DNA from: Acidobacteriota bacterium
GTDB taxonomy: Bacteria; Acidobacteriota; UBA890; WLXD01
Length of the DNA: 64,000 nucleotides
Direction of reading: 5' to 3'
NCBI GenBank assembly: GCA_963666055.2
Contig: CAXWPH010000006.1
Coordinates: 32,001-96,000 of the forward strand
This document shows, piece by piece, positions 26,137 to 37,646 of this stretch (the first letter of the stretch is position 1; each line of letters starts with the position of its first letter). Both the position numbers and the translations under genes were made by a program. The notes under the pieces were generated by a model, which was given only the letters and a program-made list of their open reading frames with translations, ran no database searches and was not told the origin of the DNA.

Positions 26137-29025
26137 CTACTCCACGACCCGCATGAGCCCCTGCATCGTTTGCCAGTGGTTCGGGAACGTGCAGAGAAAG
26201 TCGTAGTCGCCGACCACGCTCGGAGCGGTGAACTCGAGCACCTGGTACTCGCGGTGGTTGAGCAACTCCGACGCGGCAATGATCTTGTCGCTGGCGGGCA
26301 GGAACCCGACGGCGAAGCCCACCGCGCCGAGCGCCTCGGCGGCCAGGCCGATCTCCTCGGCCGAGCCGGGCTCGCCGATGATCAGGTTGTGCGGCATGTA
26401 GTCGGGGTTCTCGAACCAGATCTTCACGCTCTGCCCGGGGTTGACGGTGAACTCGGCAATATCGAACCGCGTCTGGTCGACGAGCGTCCGGATGACGATG
26501 GCGTCCGGATCGGGAGTGACGTCTTCGATGTCGGGGTCGTCCGCGAGCCGCGAGGCGAAGTCGAACGGCTCCGCGGCGTTGTGATCCCAGAACTGCTCCA
26601 CCGTCCGGGCCGCGATGCGCGCGTGCGGCTCGGGAGAGTTGAGCACTAGCGCCAGCAGGTCGCGGTTGACGACGTTGTGCTGCTGATGCACCCAGAGCGC
26701 TTCCAGAAAATGGTGCGCGTCGCGCGCACCGCGGGCATCGAACTGCTGCAGCCAATCCTCAGTGGCGGCAATCACCGCAGCGCTGTCGCGTTCGGAAAGC
26801 TCCACGCGCGCCCGACGCCGGATGCCGTTGATCGGATGCTCGAGAGCGGCGAGCAGCTCCGGGATCGGCCGTCCATCGATGGCGACGTGGTCCGACAAGG
26901 GCCGCCCCGGCACGGTGATCCGGTGGATGCGCCCGTGTGCATGGTCGCGAGCAGGGTCGCGGACGTTGTGCTGCATGTGTCCGACGATGGCATTGGCCCA
27001 GTCGGCGACGTACACCGCACCGTCGTCGGCGATCTCGAAGTCGGTGGGCCGGAAGTTGGGGTCGGTGGAGACCAGGAAATCGTCGGTCTCGGTGCCGTGC
27101 ACGTCGCCGGTGTCGGTGTCGAACGTCAGCTCGTATTGCTTGATCCCGAGGAACGCGATGGCGTTGAGGATGAGGAAGTTACCCTGGCTCTTGTCGGGAA
27201 AGTGCGCGCTGGAGAGGATTCCGCTGCTCGGCACCGGTCGCACCGTGTGTTGCAGCAACGAGCGCATGCTGAACGAGCCGTCGCCGTTAGGCTTCACCTG
27301 ATAGGCGGCTCCGCCGGTGGCGTCGGTGGCGTAGTGGTAGCCCCAGTAGTCGAAGCTGATTCCGTGCGCGTTGGGCACATTCTCGGTGTGGAAGCTGAAC
27401 TCGTAGGTGCGCGGGTTGAAGCGGTACATCCCGGAGGCGTTCGATTCCTGGTTCGACCTCCAGGGCGTCTCGACGTTAGAGACGTTGAAGATGCCGCGCT
27501 GGTAGTAGATGAACCCGTCGGGGCCGTAGACGAAGTTGTTGGCCGAGTGATGGGTGTCTGCCGATCCGAGCGCGCCGAGGACGCGGATGCGCACATCGGC
27601 CACGTCGTCGCCGTCGGTGTCCTTGAGGAACAGCAGGTCGGGCACCGAGGCGACGATCACGCCGCCGTTCCAGAACTCGAAGCCGGTCGGATTGTGTACG
27701 TAGGCGAAGGTGATCGCCTCGTCGGCGATGCCGTCGCGATCCTCGTCGGGGAGGATCAGCAGGCGATCGTCCATCGCCTTGGTCGGCTCCCACTTCGGGT
27801 AGGTCGCCCACGTCGCCGCCCACAGCCGCCCGCGCGTGTCGACGCCCAGCTGCACCGGGTTGACGAGCTCCGGGAACATCTCCTCGGAGGCGAAGAGATT
27901 GGCCTGTAGGCCCTCTTCCAGGGTCATCGTGTCGATGCTCTCCCGCGGGGTCATGAAGTCGAGCGTGCCGGTGATGCTCACGCCGTCCTGAACCTGAGGC
28001 TCCGCCAGGTTCGTCTTGACCTCGACGGGCTCGGGCACGTCGGAGTCGTCGGGCGCCAGGGAGGCGCCGCTGGCCGCGGCCCAGATCACCGCATCGCGGT
28101 TCGCAGCCATCACATCGAGCTGTGTGAGCTCGTGCTGCAGCACCTCGAAGTTCGTCTGGTCATCGGTGAAGGCGAGCGTTGAGCGTGTGCCCCAGACGTC
28201 GTTGCCGTCGGTGGCGCGGTAGCGGTTGAACCAGTGCCAGTTCTTGTCGAGAACCGCGGTGCGCACCGCCTCGAGCGTCTCCGGATCGGCACTCGGCCCC
28301 CGACCCAGCAACGACTCGACGATCACCTCGGCGATCCGCCGGTTACCGTCGCTATTCAGGTGGACGCCGTTAATGGTCAGCGGATCCGCGGCGGCGCGAT
28401 AGAGCTCCTGCGAAGGACCGAACAGGTCGACGTAGGGCACGCCCCTGTCTCGCGCCACCGCCGCCATGGCCTCCGTGTAGGCGGCGAGGCGGGCGTTGTT
28501 CTCGCGGCCGTCAGGTAGGTTCGGGTCGTGAAGATCCTCGTGCGCGATGGGCGACAGCAGCACGATCCGAGGCGCTCCACGGCCGGAATAGCTCTGCGCT
28601 CGCGTGTGATCGATCCAGTCGCTCAACGCTTCGGCAAACTGCGCCGGTTGCCCGTCGAAGGATTCGTTGTAGCCGAACATGGCGACAACGACGTCGGCTT
28701 GCGAGAACGCCAGGTACTCGTCGGCGCTCGGGAACCCGGGCCCGGCAGGCCCATCATCACGATCAGGCACCGATCCCTTGACGCGCGGGCGATGATCGAT
28801 GCGGTCACCGGCAAAGCCGTGGTTGCGGATCACCAGTTGCAGATCCGGGAGCTCCGATTGCAGGTGCGCTTCCAGCCAGCCGTCGTGCTGCATGCGGTCC
28901 GCCAGCGCGTTGCCGATGAGCACAACGTGGTCGCCTTGCTCGAACGGGATCTCGGTGGTGCTGCACGCCGCAGCGGCAGCGAGCAAAACGAGCACCGGTG
29001 TGATGCCTCGGGAGCAGCTCGACAT
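26137..29025 (-). CDS. Lipoprotein: SGNH/GDSL + PVC-type beta-propeller dehydrogenase-like + helical repeat + azurin/auracyanin-like domain
   Basis: Lipobox AAAC; IGNAL, FGYNES, NGVH; LFASEE, DTRGRLW, FRPTD, GRIHRI; MPHNL and CTFPNHWQTM. Confidence 0.85.
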   Translation of the reverse strand: MSSCSRGITPVLVLLAAAAACSTTEIPFEQGDHVVLIGNALADRMQHDGWLEAHLQSELPDLQLVIRNHGFAGDRIDHRPRVKGSVPDRDDGPAGPGFPSADEYLAFSQADVVVAMFGYNESFDGQPAQFAEALSDWIDHTRAQSYSGRGAPRIVLLSPIAHEDLHDPNLPDGRENNARLAAYTEAMAAVARDRGVPYVDLFGPSQELYRAAADPLTINGVHLNSDGNRRIAEVIVESLLGRGPSADPETLEAVRTAVLDKNWHWFNRYRATDGNDVWGTRSTLAFTDDQTNFEVLQHELTQLDVMAANRDAVIWAAASGASLAPDDSDVPEPVEVKTNLAEPQVQDGVSITGTLDFMTPRESIDTMTLEEGLQANLFASEEMFPELVNPVQLGVDTRGRLWAATWATYPKWEPTKAMDDRLLILPDEDRDGIADEAITFAYVHNPTGFEFWNGGVIVASVPDLLFLKDTDGDDVADVRIRVLGALGSADTHHSANNFVYGPDGFIYYQRGIFNVSNVETPWRSNQESNASGMYRFNPRTYEFSFHTENVPNAHGISFDYWGYHYATDATGGAAYQVKPNGDGSFSMRSLLQHTVRPVPSSGILSSAHFPDKSQGNFLILNAIAFLGIKQYELTFDTDTGDVHGTETDDFLVSTDPNFRPTDFEIADDGAVYVADWANAIVGHMQHNVRDPARDHAHGRIHRITVPGRPLSDHVAIDGRPIPELLAALEHPINGIRRRARVELSERDSAAVIAATEDWLQQFDARGARDAHHFLEALWVHQQHNVVNRDLLALVLNSPEPHARIAARTVEQFWDHNAAEPFDFASRLADDPDIEDVTPDPDAIVIRTLVDQTRFDIAEFTVNPGQSVKIWFENPDYMPHNLIIGEPGSAEEIGLAAEALGAVGFAVGFLPASDKIIAASELLNHREYQVLEFTAPSVVGDYDFLCTFPNHWQTMQGLMRVVE

Positions 29026-29029
29026 GGGC

Positions 29030-30061
29030 TCAGTCCTGCGTCGGCCTGTCCGTCGACATGATCGGCGTATCCCAGCCGGCGAGATCGGCCGGCCTCACGC
29101 CGCGGCGGTAGCCATCGAAGTTGAAGGTCACGGGATTATAGGACCCCACAAAGGATAGGTCGCTGTCGGCGCGAATCGAATCCTCCAAGCCCGCGGCCCA
29201 CAGGGCCGCGTTGAGCAGCAGCCGGCGAAACCCCTCGTTCAGGAAGTCCTCGGAGGCGCCGTGCGTCGTAGTGAAGACCCGGGCCTGGCTACCGTCCCCA
29301 GCCTCGTAAGTGCGCGTCCAAGCGACGGGCAGCACCGCCTTGTCGGGTGCCGGAGGCGAATCGGCGGTCAGGCCGTCGAGGACCTGCCCGCGGGCCAGCA
29401 CCACGGAATCAGGCATCGGGTCGGCGTAGTAGCCGCCGGACTGCACGTGCACGTCGTGTACGCCGCGAAGAATCGGGTGCGACTCCTGCCCCTCCAGCAG
29501 CAGCCTGGAGCTCTGCTGGTGGTTCTCGCCATGATGGGTCACCCAGGTCTCGCCGAGCACTTGGCGGCCAAAGCCGCCCTCGTAACCCGAGCCCGAGTAG
29601 TCCCAGGTGTACTTGACGAAGGGCCCTTCCTCGATCTCGAAGGCGTGGGTCGCGGTGCGGATGCCGACGATCGGGCCGCCGCGCTCGAGGTAGTCGACGA
29701 TGTGCTGCATCTCGGCAGCCGGGAAGTCCTGAAAGCGCAGGCCGACGATCAGCAGGTCGGCACTCTCGAGCGCCTCCAGACCAGCGATGTCGGAGCTCCC
29801 GGGCTCGATGAAACCGTCGGCGTCGAGGGTGAAGAAGATGCTGCACTTGAAGCCGAATCGGCTGGCTAGAATGCGCCCCATCGCCGGCAGCAACTCTTCC
29901 GACCGATACTCGTGGTCCCCGGCAATCAGGACGATGTGCTTGCCGGCGCCGGGCCCCCCCGTACCTTCGTAGACGACGCCATGGGGAGTGTCCAGCGGTA
30001 TGTTAGCGGCACAACTCGCCAGGGCGGCAAGGATCGGCAGCGACCAGAGCGCCATTCTCAT
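29030..30061 (-). CDS. ThuA-like domain lipoprotein
   Basis: Lipobox LASC; AGDHEYRSEE, GIRTATHAF, PVAWTR, RVFTTTHG. Confidence 0.85.
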   Translation of the reverse strand: MRMALWSLPILAALASCAANIPLDTPHGVVYEGTGGPGAGKHIVLIAGDHEYRSEELLPAMGRILASRFGFKCSIFFTLDADGFIEPGSSDIAGLEALESADLLIVGLRFQDFPAAEMQHIVDYLERGGPIVGIRTATHAFEIEEGPFVKYTWDYSGSGYEGGFGRQVLGETWVTHHGENHQQSSRLLLEGQESHPILRGVHDVHVQSGGYYADPMPDSVVLARGQVLDGLTADSPPAPDKAVLPVAWTRTYEAGDGSQARVFTTTHGASEDFLNEGFRRLLLNAALWAAGLEDSIRADSDLSFVGSYNPVTFNFDGYRRGVRPADLAGWDTPIMSTDRPTQD

Positions 30062-30080
30062 CGGAGACCTTCAAGCACCA

Positions 30081-31385
30081 TCACGTCCCCGGAGAAGCCG
30101 CCGCCTCGGCGCCCTCGCCAGCGACCAGTCGACCACGCTTGATAACCCAACGCGGGCGCAGCTGTCCGAACCGGTACGGCAGCATGCGGTAGTCATGAGT
30201 GGAGTAGATCTGCAGGTCGGCGCGCATCCCCGGCTCCAACCGACCTACGACGTCGCCTTGACCGATGGCATGTGCGGCGTTGGTCGTCGCCGCCACCAGC
30301 GCCGCCTCCGGTGTCATTCCCAGCAGGGTGCATGCTAGCGAGACAATCAACCCCATGGACTCGACGGGGCTCGTTCCGGGGTTGAAGTCGGTGGCCAGAG
30401 CGATCGGCACACCGGCTGCCTGCAGCCGGCGCGCCGGTGCCTGGCGGCGCGACATGACATACAGCGGTACCGACGGCAGGAGCACCGCGACCACGCCGGC
30501 GCCGGCCAGCGCGGCGATTCCCCCCGTCGAGATGTAGTCGAGATGGTCGGCCGAGATTGCCCCGACCTCGGCCGCCAGCGCGGCGCCGTCGGTGTCACCG
30601 AGTTGATCCGCGTGGACCTTGATGCCGCACCCGGCGCGCGCCGCCGCGGCGAAGACCCGGCGGCACTCCGAAACGGTAAACGCACCTTCCTCACAGAAGG
30701 CATCGACAAAATCGATGCGATCGGCAAGCGTAGCGATCATCTCCTCCACCAGGCTCAGGTAGCCATCTCGATTCTCTCGATACTCGGGTGGCAGCGCATG
30801 TGCCGCCAGCAGCGTCACCACCACGTCGGTCGCCTCTGTGGCAGCCAGGCGCCGCGCTGCTCGAACGAGCTTGGCCTCGTCGGCGGCGCTGAGGCCGTAG
30901 CCGCTCTTCGCCTCAACGGTGGTCGTGCCGGCGCTCAGCATGCGCCGTAATCTGCGCATGCCAATCTCGACGAGCTCCTCTTCACTGCACGCCCGAGTAG
31001 CATCGACCGTGCTGAGGATGCCGCCGCCGGCCTGCAGAATTTCGCCGTAGCTGGCGCCAACGATGCGCTGGGCGAACTCACCGGGCCGCCAGCCACCAAA
31101 CAACACGTGCGTGTGTGGGTCGACGAATCCCGGCAGCAGCACGCCGCCGCCGGCGTCCAGGCTTATCGCATGAGCAGCGACGCGAACCGTCGACAGAACG
31201 CCGCTTGCCGGACCCGCGTACACGATCTCTTCGCCGGCAACTGCGACGGCGGCGTCCTCAACCAGACCGACGTTCCCCTGATCGCCGCCGCGCTGCGGGT
31301 ACGTGGTCCCGCCGGCCATGGTGAGGCACTGTCGGATGCCGCGAACGACGAGCGTGGCAACGGTCTTACCACCCGACTCAGCCAT
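30081..31385 (-). CDS. hutI: Imidazolonepropionase
   Basis: [39 protein letters not shown]. Confidence 0.95.
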   Translation of the reverse strand: MAESGGKTVATLVVRGIRQCLTMAGGTTYPQRGGDQGNVGLVEDAAVAVAGEEIVYAGPASGVLSTVRVAAHAISLDAGGGVLLPGFVDPHTHVLFGGWRPGEFAQRIVGASYGEILQAGGGILSTVDATRACSEEELVEIGMRRLRRMLSAGTTTVEAKSGYGLSAADEAKLVRAARRLAATEATDVVVTLLAAHALPPEYRENRDGYLSLVEEMIATLADRIDFVDAFCEEGAFTVSECRRVFAAAARAGCGIKVHADQLGDTDGAALAAEVGAISADHLDYISTGGIAALAGAGVVAVLLPSVPLYVMSRRQAPARRLQAAGVPIALATDFNPGTSPVESMGLIVSLACTLLGMTPEAALVAATTNAAHAIGQGDVVGRLEPGMRADLQIYSTHDYRMLPYRFGQLRPRWVIKRGRLVAGEGAEAAASPGT

Positions 31386-33102
31386 CGAGCGAGGGCATTT
31401 TCACGTTGCGCGTCCGCGCCGTCTCGATTGCCAGCTCGTAGCCAGCGTCGGCATGACGCACGACGCCGAGCCCGGGATCGACGGTGAGGACTCGCTCGAG
31501 CCGCTCCGCCTTGCGCTCGGTGCCGTCGGCGACGATCACCATCCCGGCATGCAACGCGCGCCCCATCCCGACCCCACCGCCGTGATGAAACGACACCCAC
31601 GAGGCGCCGCTAACCGCGTTCATGGCGAAGTTCAAGAGCGGCCAGTCGGCTACCGCATCGGAGCCGTCGAGCATCGCCTCGGTCTCCCGGTTCGGCGAAG
31701 CCACAGATCCGCAATCGAGGTGATCGCGGCCGATGGCGACCGGTGCCGACACCTCGCCCGAGGCTACTAGCCGGTTGATCTCGAGACCGAACCGCGCCCG
31801 TTCGCCATATCCGAGCCAGCAGATCCTCGATGGCAGCCCGAGCTGAGGGACGCGCTCCCGCGCCAAGCTCACCCAGCGGTGCAGCACCCGATCGTCTGGG
31901 AACACACGGAGCAGGGCGTCGTCGAGCACGGCGAGGTCCGCCTCGGCCCCAGACAAGCAGGCCCAACGGAAAGGTCCCTTGCCCTCGCAGAACAACGGAC
32001 GAACGTACGCTGGAACGAAGCCGGGATAGAGGTAGTGGCCATCGTCATCGCGCACCGTCAGGCCACCGCGCTCCGCCTGACCTCGCAGATTGTTGCCATA
32101 GTCGAAGCACACCGAGCCGGCGCGCTGCAGGTCGAGGATGCCCTGCGTATGCACCACGATCGAGTCGAGAGCGCGGCGACGATATTCGTCGGGGGCATCG
32201 ACCCGCAATCGGTCGAGTTCTTCGAGGTCGCCGAGCGGTACGTAGTCGAGCAGGTTGTGCGCCGACGTTTGGTCGGTGACCACGTCGGGGATCGCGCCCA
32301 TCGCGGCCAGCCGCGGATAGACCTCGGCAGCGTTGCCAACCAGCCCCACAGACAGACCTCTCCCCTGACTCCGGGCCTCCTCGATCCAGCCTACTGCCTC
32401 CTCGAGATCGTCCGATTGGCGGTCACAGTATCCCTCCTCGACCTTGCGGGCGACGCGATCCGGGCGCACCTCGACGACCAGCGCGGCGGCGTCGTTCATG
32501 GTCGCTGCCAGCGGTTGGGCGCCGCTCATCCCGCCGAGCCCGGCGGTGAGGACGAATTTTCCCCGCAGGCTGTCGACGCCGAACTCCTGCTTCGCACAGG
32601 CGGCGAAAGTCTCGTACGTCCCCTGCAAGATCCCCTGAGTGCCGATGTAGATCCAGGATCCAGCCGTCATCTGCCCGTACATCATGAGACCGGCCAGATC
32701 GAGCTCCTCGAAATGCTCCTCGGTTGCCCAATCCGGCACCAGGTTGGAGTTAGCGATGATCACTCGCGGAGCATCAGGCGATGTGCGAGCCACGTAGACG
32801 GGCTTGCCCGACTGAACACACAAGGTCTCGTCGGTGGCCAGGCTACGCAGGCTCTCGACGATCTGTCCGTAGGCTCGCCAGTTCCGCGCCGCCCTACCGC
32901 TCCCTCCGTACACCACCAGATTCGGCCAGTCGACGGCAACCTCAGGGTCGAGGTTGTTCATCAGCATCCGCAGAGCGCCCTCTGTGTCCCAGGTCGAGCA
33001 AGTGCGCTGCACTCCGCGCGGCGCCCGAATCGGCCCTGCTGGACGCTCCTCCGCGTACATCGGCCGCCCGATGTTCGCGGTCTCGGTCATCCTCGTACCC
33101 AT
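31378..33102 (-). CDS. hutU: Urocanate hydratase
   Basis: [48 protein letters not shown]. Confidence 0.97.
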   Translation of the reverse strand: MGTRMTETANIGRPMYAEERPAGPIRAPRGVQRTCSTWDTEGALRMLMNNLDPEVAVDWPNLVVYGGSGRAARNWRAYGQIVESLRSLATDETLCVQSGKPVYVARTSPDAPRVIIANSNLVPDWATEEHFEELDLAGLMMYGQMTAGSWIYIGTQGILQGTYETFAACAKQEFGVDSLRGKFVLTAGLGGMSGAQPLAATMNDAAALVVEVRPDRVARKVEEGYCDRQSDDLEEAVGWIEEARSQGRGLSVGLVGNAAEVYPRLAAMGAIPDVVTDQTSAHNLLDYVPLGDLEELDRLRVDAPDEYRRRALDSIVVHTQGILDLQRAGSVCFDYGNNLRGQAERGGLTVRDDDGHYLYPGFVPAYVRPLFCEGKGPFRWACLSGAEADLAVLDDALLRVFPDDRVLHRWVSLARERVPQLGLPSRICWLGYGERARFGLEINRLVASGEVSAPVAIGRDHLDCGSVASPNRETEAMLDGSDAVADWPLLNFAMNAVSGASWVSFHHGGGVGMGRALHAGMVIVADGTERKAERLERVLTVDPGLGVVRHADAGYELAIETARTRNVKMPSLDG

Positions 33103-33109
33103 GCTCGGC

Positions 33110-34264
33110 TCAGGGTTGGCCTCCCGGGCTGATGCCGCGAAGACGCCAGACAGCGATGTCGGCGACGAAAGCCTCGCCCAGTTGTGTCGTGCGCAACGGC
33201 TCGAAGTACGCCTCGAACGCCCGGTCCCACCGGTTCAAGATCCCGTCACCGGCCCCGCCTGGGCCGCGATCCTCGTATAGCACCCCGGCATGATCGTCGA
33301 TGGTGAGAATATCGCCCTGGCGCACGACGTCGAAACCCACCGCACGCAATGGATCGCTGGTCCAGTAGTAGGCGCCGTCAACGGCCAGAAACATGTCGTC
33401 CACTACCCTGTCGGCGATGTCTTCCAGACGATCCCACGGCAGGATCGGCCCTTCAAAGTCACCGGCGCGACGCCGTGACGCCTGCCAGAATGCGAGCACC
33501 GTACCTCCCAGAAAACGCTCGGCCGGATGATCGTCCATCTCCCCGATCATCGGCACATAGGGCAACCCGGCAAACCCCTGGAGGATCCCGAACGCATCGT
33601 CGCCGGCGCGCACCGTCACCCGATGGGGACGCCCGCTCGGTGAGGTCGCGTGGGCCTCGTCGCCCCCTGGGGAGGCCGACCGTTGGAGGATTCGGTTGCG
33701 CTGATCACGAATCACGGCGCGCACCATGAAGCGCATCGTGCCGGTTCCGAGATCGGGGTAGGCATCACCGCTGGGGTTGATGTCCGCGGCGTGGCTCCAC
33801 CCGAAGCCCCAGCTCACCTGATAGTTGTCGGTGAAGCCGATCTGCGTGGCGACGAAGCTCGGGTCGAAGTTCTCGTTGGCGAACGGAAACGTCGGCTCGA
33901 CCTTGAACCAGAGAAACTCCGGCGTGTACCACCAACTGCTCCACGCCTCGACCGGGCGCGGCGCGGCTTCCGGGGCGAGACGCACACTGGGCGTGCTGCC
34001 GAAGAGCACCGTCTCTCCGCCGCCAAAGCGCGGCGTCGCCTCCAGGATAGCGAACAAGGTAACCGGCGTGCCCGAGACCGCCTCCTTCGATGCAACGCTG
34101 GCTACCGAGTCGTCGAGCGCCGCCGACGTCACCCATACGCGCTGAATCTGCGGGGTCAGCCAGGCACGTGCCCGCGGCACCCCGAAAACCACCGAGAGCA
34201 GCGCCGCAACGACGGTGGAGGCAATCAACGCCAACCGCAGTCGTTCAGCAGCCGGCGGACGCAT
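33110..34264 (-). CDS. Exported hypothetical protein, C-terminus loosely NlpC/P60-like
   Basis: Signal/TM segment; GLPYV..RQGDIL..HAGVLY; host-like codon usage. Confidence 0.65.
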   Translation of the reverse strand: MRPPAAERLRLALIASTVVAALLSVVFGVPRARAWLTPQIQRVWVTSAALDDSVASVASKEAVSGTPVTLFAILEATPRFGGGETVLFGSTPSVRLAPEAAPRPVEAWSSWWYTPEFLWFKVEPTFPFANENFDPSFVATQIGFTDNYQVSWGFGWSHAADINPSGDAYPDLGTGTMRFMVRAVIRDQRNRILQRSASPGGDEAHATSPSGRPHRVTVRAGDDAFGILQGFAGLPYVPMIGEMDDHPAERFLGGTVLAFWQASRRRAGDFEGPILPWDRLEDIADRVVDDMFLAVDGAYYWTSDPLRAVGFDVVRQGDILTIDDHAGVLYEDRGPGGAGDGILNRWDRAFEAYFEPLRTTQLGEAFVADIAVWRLRGISPGGQP

Positions 34265-34345
34265 CAGCGAGCGCCTAGTGTGCTGTGCGGGAAGCAAATC
34301 GACACTCGTGGCTCCGCAAGGCGGCGAGGTCGAGAAGCAGCAGCA

Positions 34346-34470
34346 CTAGCAGGCCGTGGTGAAATGGGCCCGGTTGCCAGGCGCGACGACGAGACGATGT
34401 TTGCCCATCGTGGAGGAGGAGCAACGCCGCAGACGGACCCATTTCGCCGCCATCCTCCGGACAAATGGGC
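34346..34470 (+). repeat. Partial MITE-like element (left TIR + first arm)
   Basis: Starts CTAGCAGGCCGTGGTGAAA, identical to the 58141 element end; internal IR GAAATGGG / CCCATTTC. Confidence 0.8.
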
Positions 34471-34509
34471 AGTTGCGGGCGATATGCAACGATCATCTGT
34501 TACAGACCA

Positions 34510-35352
34510 CTAGGATGTCGCGATCTCGGCGCGTTCCTCTTCAGGGGCTAGCAGCCCGGCGCGGCCGATAAGGCGCGCCGCCACGCGACGCACGGTATTG
34601 ATCGGGATAGCGAAGCCAACGCCGGCGTAGGCACCACGCCCAGTCCTTGACGCCGCCTCAGACACCGCGATCGCCGTGTTGATGCCGATAACTTCACCAC
34701 GCAGATTCGCTAGCGGGCCGCCCGAGTTGCCAGGGTTGATCGCCGCGTCGGTCTGGATGAATCCGCTGCGCATCGACAGTGACCGCACGCGGCGATCGAG
34801 GGCACTCACGATGCCTGTCGACACAGTCCCCGTCAGCCGAAACGGCGCTCCCATGGCTACCACCCACTCACCCACTCGAAGCACCTCGGAATCGCCCAAT
34901 GCCGCGGCCTGTAGCGGCTCGGTGACATCGACCTTGAGGACCGCGAGGTCAGTGCCGCTGTCGCGCCCCACCACGGTCGCCAACAATGGAGGCAAGCCTT
35001 GCAGTTGGATCTCGATCTGTCCGGCGCCCTCCACGACGTGCCAATTGGTCACCAGGTAACCGTCGGAGCGGACCACCAGCGCCGAGCCGCTCGAACGCTG
35101 CGGAGCCCCCTCCTCGCGCGCCCCGTCGTAGATAGCCACCACAGCTACGGAAGGCTCGAGCACACGGGCAACCTCTGTCCACGACGTGGCGAGCGGATCG
35201 GTGCGGAACTCCGGCAGCGGGCCACCAAGATCGACCTCGGGCCACAAGGCGCCGTCCGCGGCCACGTAGTAGCTACCAGCCAGCGACACCGCCAGGAGGC
35301 CGAGCACCGTCAGCAGCGTACGCTGCGTCAGCTGTTTGAAAGTGTAGCTCAC
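34510..35352 (-). CDS. Trypsin-like (HtrA/S1C) serine protease without PDZ domain
   Basis: N-terminal TM; TNWHVV, TDLAVL, IQTDAAINPGNSGG. Confidence 0.92.
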   Translation of the reverse strand: MSYTFKQLTQRTLLTVLGLLAVSLAGSYYVAADGALWPEVDLGGPLPEFRTDPLATSWTEVARVLEPSVAVVAIYDGAREEGAPQRSSGSALVVRSDGYLVTNWHVVEGAGQIEIQLQGLPPLLATVVGRDSGTDLAVLKVDVTEPLQAAALGDSEVLRVGEWVVAMGAPFRLTGTVSTGIVSALDRRVRSLSMRSGFIQTDAAINPGNSGGPLANLRGEVIGINTAIAVSEAASRTGRGAYAGVGFAIPINTVRRVAARLIGRAGLLAPEEERAEIATS

Positions 35353-35590
35353 GGGGGCAGTTTAGCACGGTGGTCAGGCTACCCTGGAAGCAAATAAACC
35401 CTTGTGGGCCGGCACATTGAGCAGGAGCGATAGTCTGCTCGACGCCGCTCAACCAGGCCCACCGACCGTCCGTCGGAGCAGCGCGCCGACGACGAAATGT
35501 TGCTTGCCGGCAGCGCGCAGCGTGACTACCCTCATCTATGGAGATACCGACTCCGCTCCCCCCCTCAGAATCCGCCACATCTGCGAAATC

Positions 35591-36886
35591 ATGCTGAAGA
35601 AGATACTGATCGGGGTCGTCGCGGCGCTCATCGTCACCGCCGGCGTGTATGCGAATCGCGGACGCACCGCCAAGGCGATCGAGGTGCAAACCGAGAACGT
35701 CAAGCGCCGCGACCTTACCGCGACCGTCTCCGGCTCGGGCAAAATCCGGCCGTTCAAGGAGGTCGACATCTCCTCCAACGTCAGCGGTCGCGTAGTACAG
35801 CTCTCGATACTGGAAGGACAGGACGTATCGGCCGGGCAGTTCCTGCTCCGAATCGACCCGGTTCGCTACCGCAGCGCCGTCGAGCAGGTCGAGGCATCGA
35901 TCCAGTCGGCAGAAACCAACACCGAGCTGGCCCGCCAGAATCTCACCTACGCACGCGACGTGCTCGACCGGCGCGAGGGTCTGTACCAGCAGGACCTGCT
36001 GGCTGAGGAAACCTACCTGGAGGCGCTGCAAGCGGTGCGACGCGAGGAGCAAAACCTGCAGATGCGAGAGACCGACGTCGAGCGGCTGCGCGCCCAGCTC
36101 AAGCAGTCCGAGCATGACCTGTCGCAGGTGGCGTTCCGGGCGCCGATCAGCGGGGTCATCACCAAGCTCAACATCGAAGAGGGGGAGACCGCCATTACCG
36201 GGACCATGAACAACCCCGGCACAGTGCTCCTGACGATCGCCGACCTGTCGTTCGTCGAGGCGGAGATCGAGATCGACGAGACCGACATCGTCGACGTCGA
36301 ACTGGGGCAACAAGCAGAAGTCCGCATCGACGCGTTTCCAGATTCCGTGTTCGCAGCGAGCGTCATCGAAGTGGGGAGGAGCCCGATCAACGACACGCAA
36401 GCCACCTCGAGCACGCAGGCAATCAACTTCAAGGTAGTTGTGCGCGTGCTCGAAGCGGTCCCAGGCGCTCGGCCGGGGTTGTCGTGCACCGCCGACATCG
36501 TCACCGCCACCCGTGACGCGGCGCTGGCGGTGCCGATCCAATCGTTGATTCTGCGCGAGGTCGAGCTGGACGAGAACGGGCAGATCGTGCAGCGGGACCC
36601 CCTCGCCGAGCTCTTGGCCGAGGTTGAAAATGGGGCGGCAAATGACGATACCGAGCAGGAGCTTCAAGAGCTCGAAGGAGCTTTCTTGGTTCGAGACGAC
36701 AAGGCGGAGTTCGTTCCGGTGAAGATCGGCGTAGCCGGCGAGCGATACTTCGAGGTACTTTCGGGGATCGACGAGGGCGATGAAGTGGTGGTCGGCCCAT
36801 TCGATGTGATCCGCACGCTGCAGTCCGGCGAGCGCGTCGACACCGGCACGACACGGCGAGATCGATCCGCGGAGGAAGCGGGGTGA
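35591..36886 (+). CDS. Efflux periplasmic adaptor subunit (MacA-like)
   Basis: N-terminal TM; VSGRV, coiled hairpin, APISGVI, IDETDI. Confidence 0.92.
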   Translation: MLKKILIGVVAALIVTAGVYANRGRTAKAIEVQTENVKRRDLTATVSGSGKIRPFKEVDISSNVSGRVVQLSILEGQDVSAGQFLLRIDPVRYRSAVEQVEASIQSAETNTELARQNLTYARDVLDRREGLYQQDLLAEETYLEALQAVRREEQNLQMRETDVERLRAQLKQSEHDLSQVAFRAPISGVITKLNIEEGETAITGTMNNPGTVLLTIADLSFVEAEIEIDETDIVDVELGQQAEVRIDAFPDSVFAASVIEVGRSPINDTQATSSTQAINFKVVVRVLEAVPGARPGLSCTADIVTATRDAALAVPIQSLILREVELDENGQIVQRDPLAELLAEVENGAANDDTEQELQELEGAFLVRDDKAEFVPVKIGVAGERYFEVLSGIDEGDEVVVGPFDVIRTLQSGERVDTGTTRRDRSAEEAG

Positions 36887-36890
36887 GCGC

Positions 36891-37646
36891 ATGAGCGAGG
36901 CACGGACGCGCGGCACCGATGGCGGCTCGCTGATCATCGAGATCCGTGGCCTGGGAAAGACGTACGACATGGGCAAGGTTAAGGTCGAGGCACTTCGCGG
37001 TGTCGACTTGGACGTGTGTCAGAACGAGTTCATCGCCATCATGGGCCCTTCGGGATCCGGCAAATCGACCCTGATGAACTTGATCGGCTGCCTGGATACG
37101 CCAACCACCGGCACATACACGCTCAATCATCAAGAGGTCAGCAATCTCGATGACAACGAGCTAGCCGCAGTACGCAACAGCGAGATCGGCTTCGTCTTCC
37201 AGACCTTCAACCTGCTGCCGCGTGCCACCGCCCTGCACAACGTCGAGCTGCCGCTGATCTACGCCGGCGTCTCCGGCCGCGAGCGCAAGAAGCGGGCGTT
37301 GCACGCACTCGAGGTAACCGGCCTCGCCGACCGCTCGGACCACCGTCCGAACGAGCTCTCCGGTGGCCAGCGGCAGCGCGTTGCGATCGCTCGAGCGTTG
37401 GTCAACGAGCCTGCCATCCTGCTTGCCGACGAGCCCACCGGAAACCTCGACTCGAAGACCTCCTACGAGGTCATGGAGCTGTTCATCGACCTGCACGACA
37501 AGGGTCAGACCGTGATCGTCGTGACGCACGAAGCGGACATCGCCAAGTATGCACACCGCGTCGTACATTTCCTCGACGGCGAGATCGTTCGCGATGAACA
37601 GCAGACACCGTGGCTGATCGGCGCCGAGCACGCTTCGGCCGGATGA
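36891..37646 (+). CDS. ABC transporter ATP-binding protein (MacB/LolD-type)
   Basis: [27 protein letters not shown]. Confidence 0.95.
   Translation: MSEARTRGTDGGSLIIEIRGLGKTYDMGKVKVEALRGVDLDVCQNEFIAIMGPSGSGKSTLMNLIGCLDTPTTGTYTLNHQEVSNLDDNELAAVRNSEIGFVFQTFNLLPRATALHNVELPLIYAGVSGRERKKRALHALEVTGLADRSDHRPNELSGGQRQRVAIARALVNEPAILLADEPTGNLDSKTSYEVMELFIDLHDKGQTVIVVTHEADIAKYAHRVVHFLDGEIVRDEQQTPWLIGAEHASAG

Noticed and set aside
26677-36976. Long antisense ORFs (26677-27909, 31879-33132, 35273-36976)
   Set aside because: Shadow ORFs opposite well-supported genes, expected in high-GC DNA
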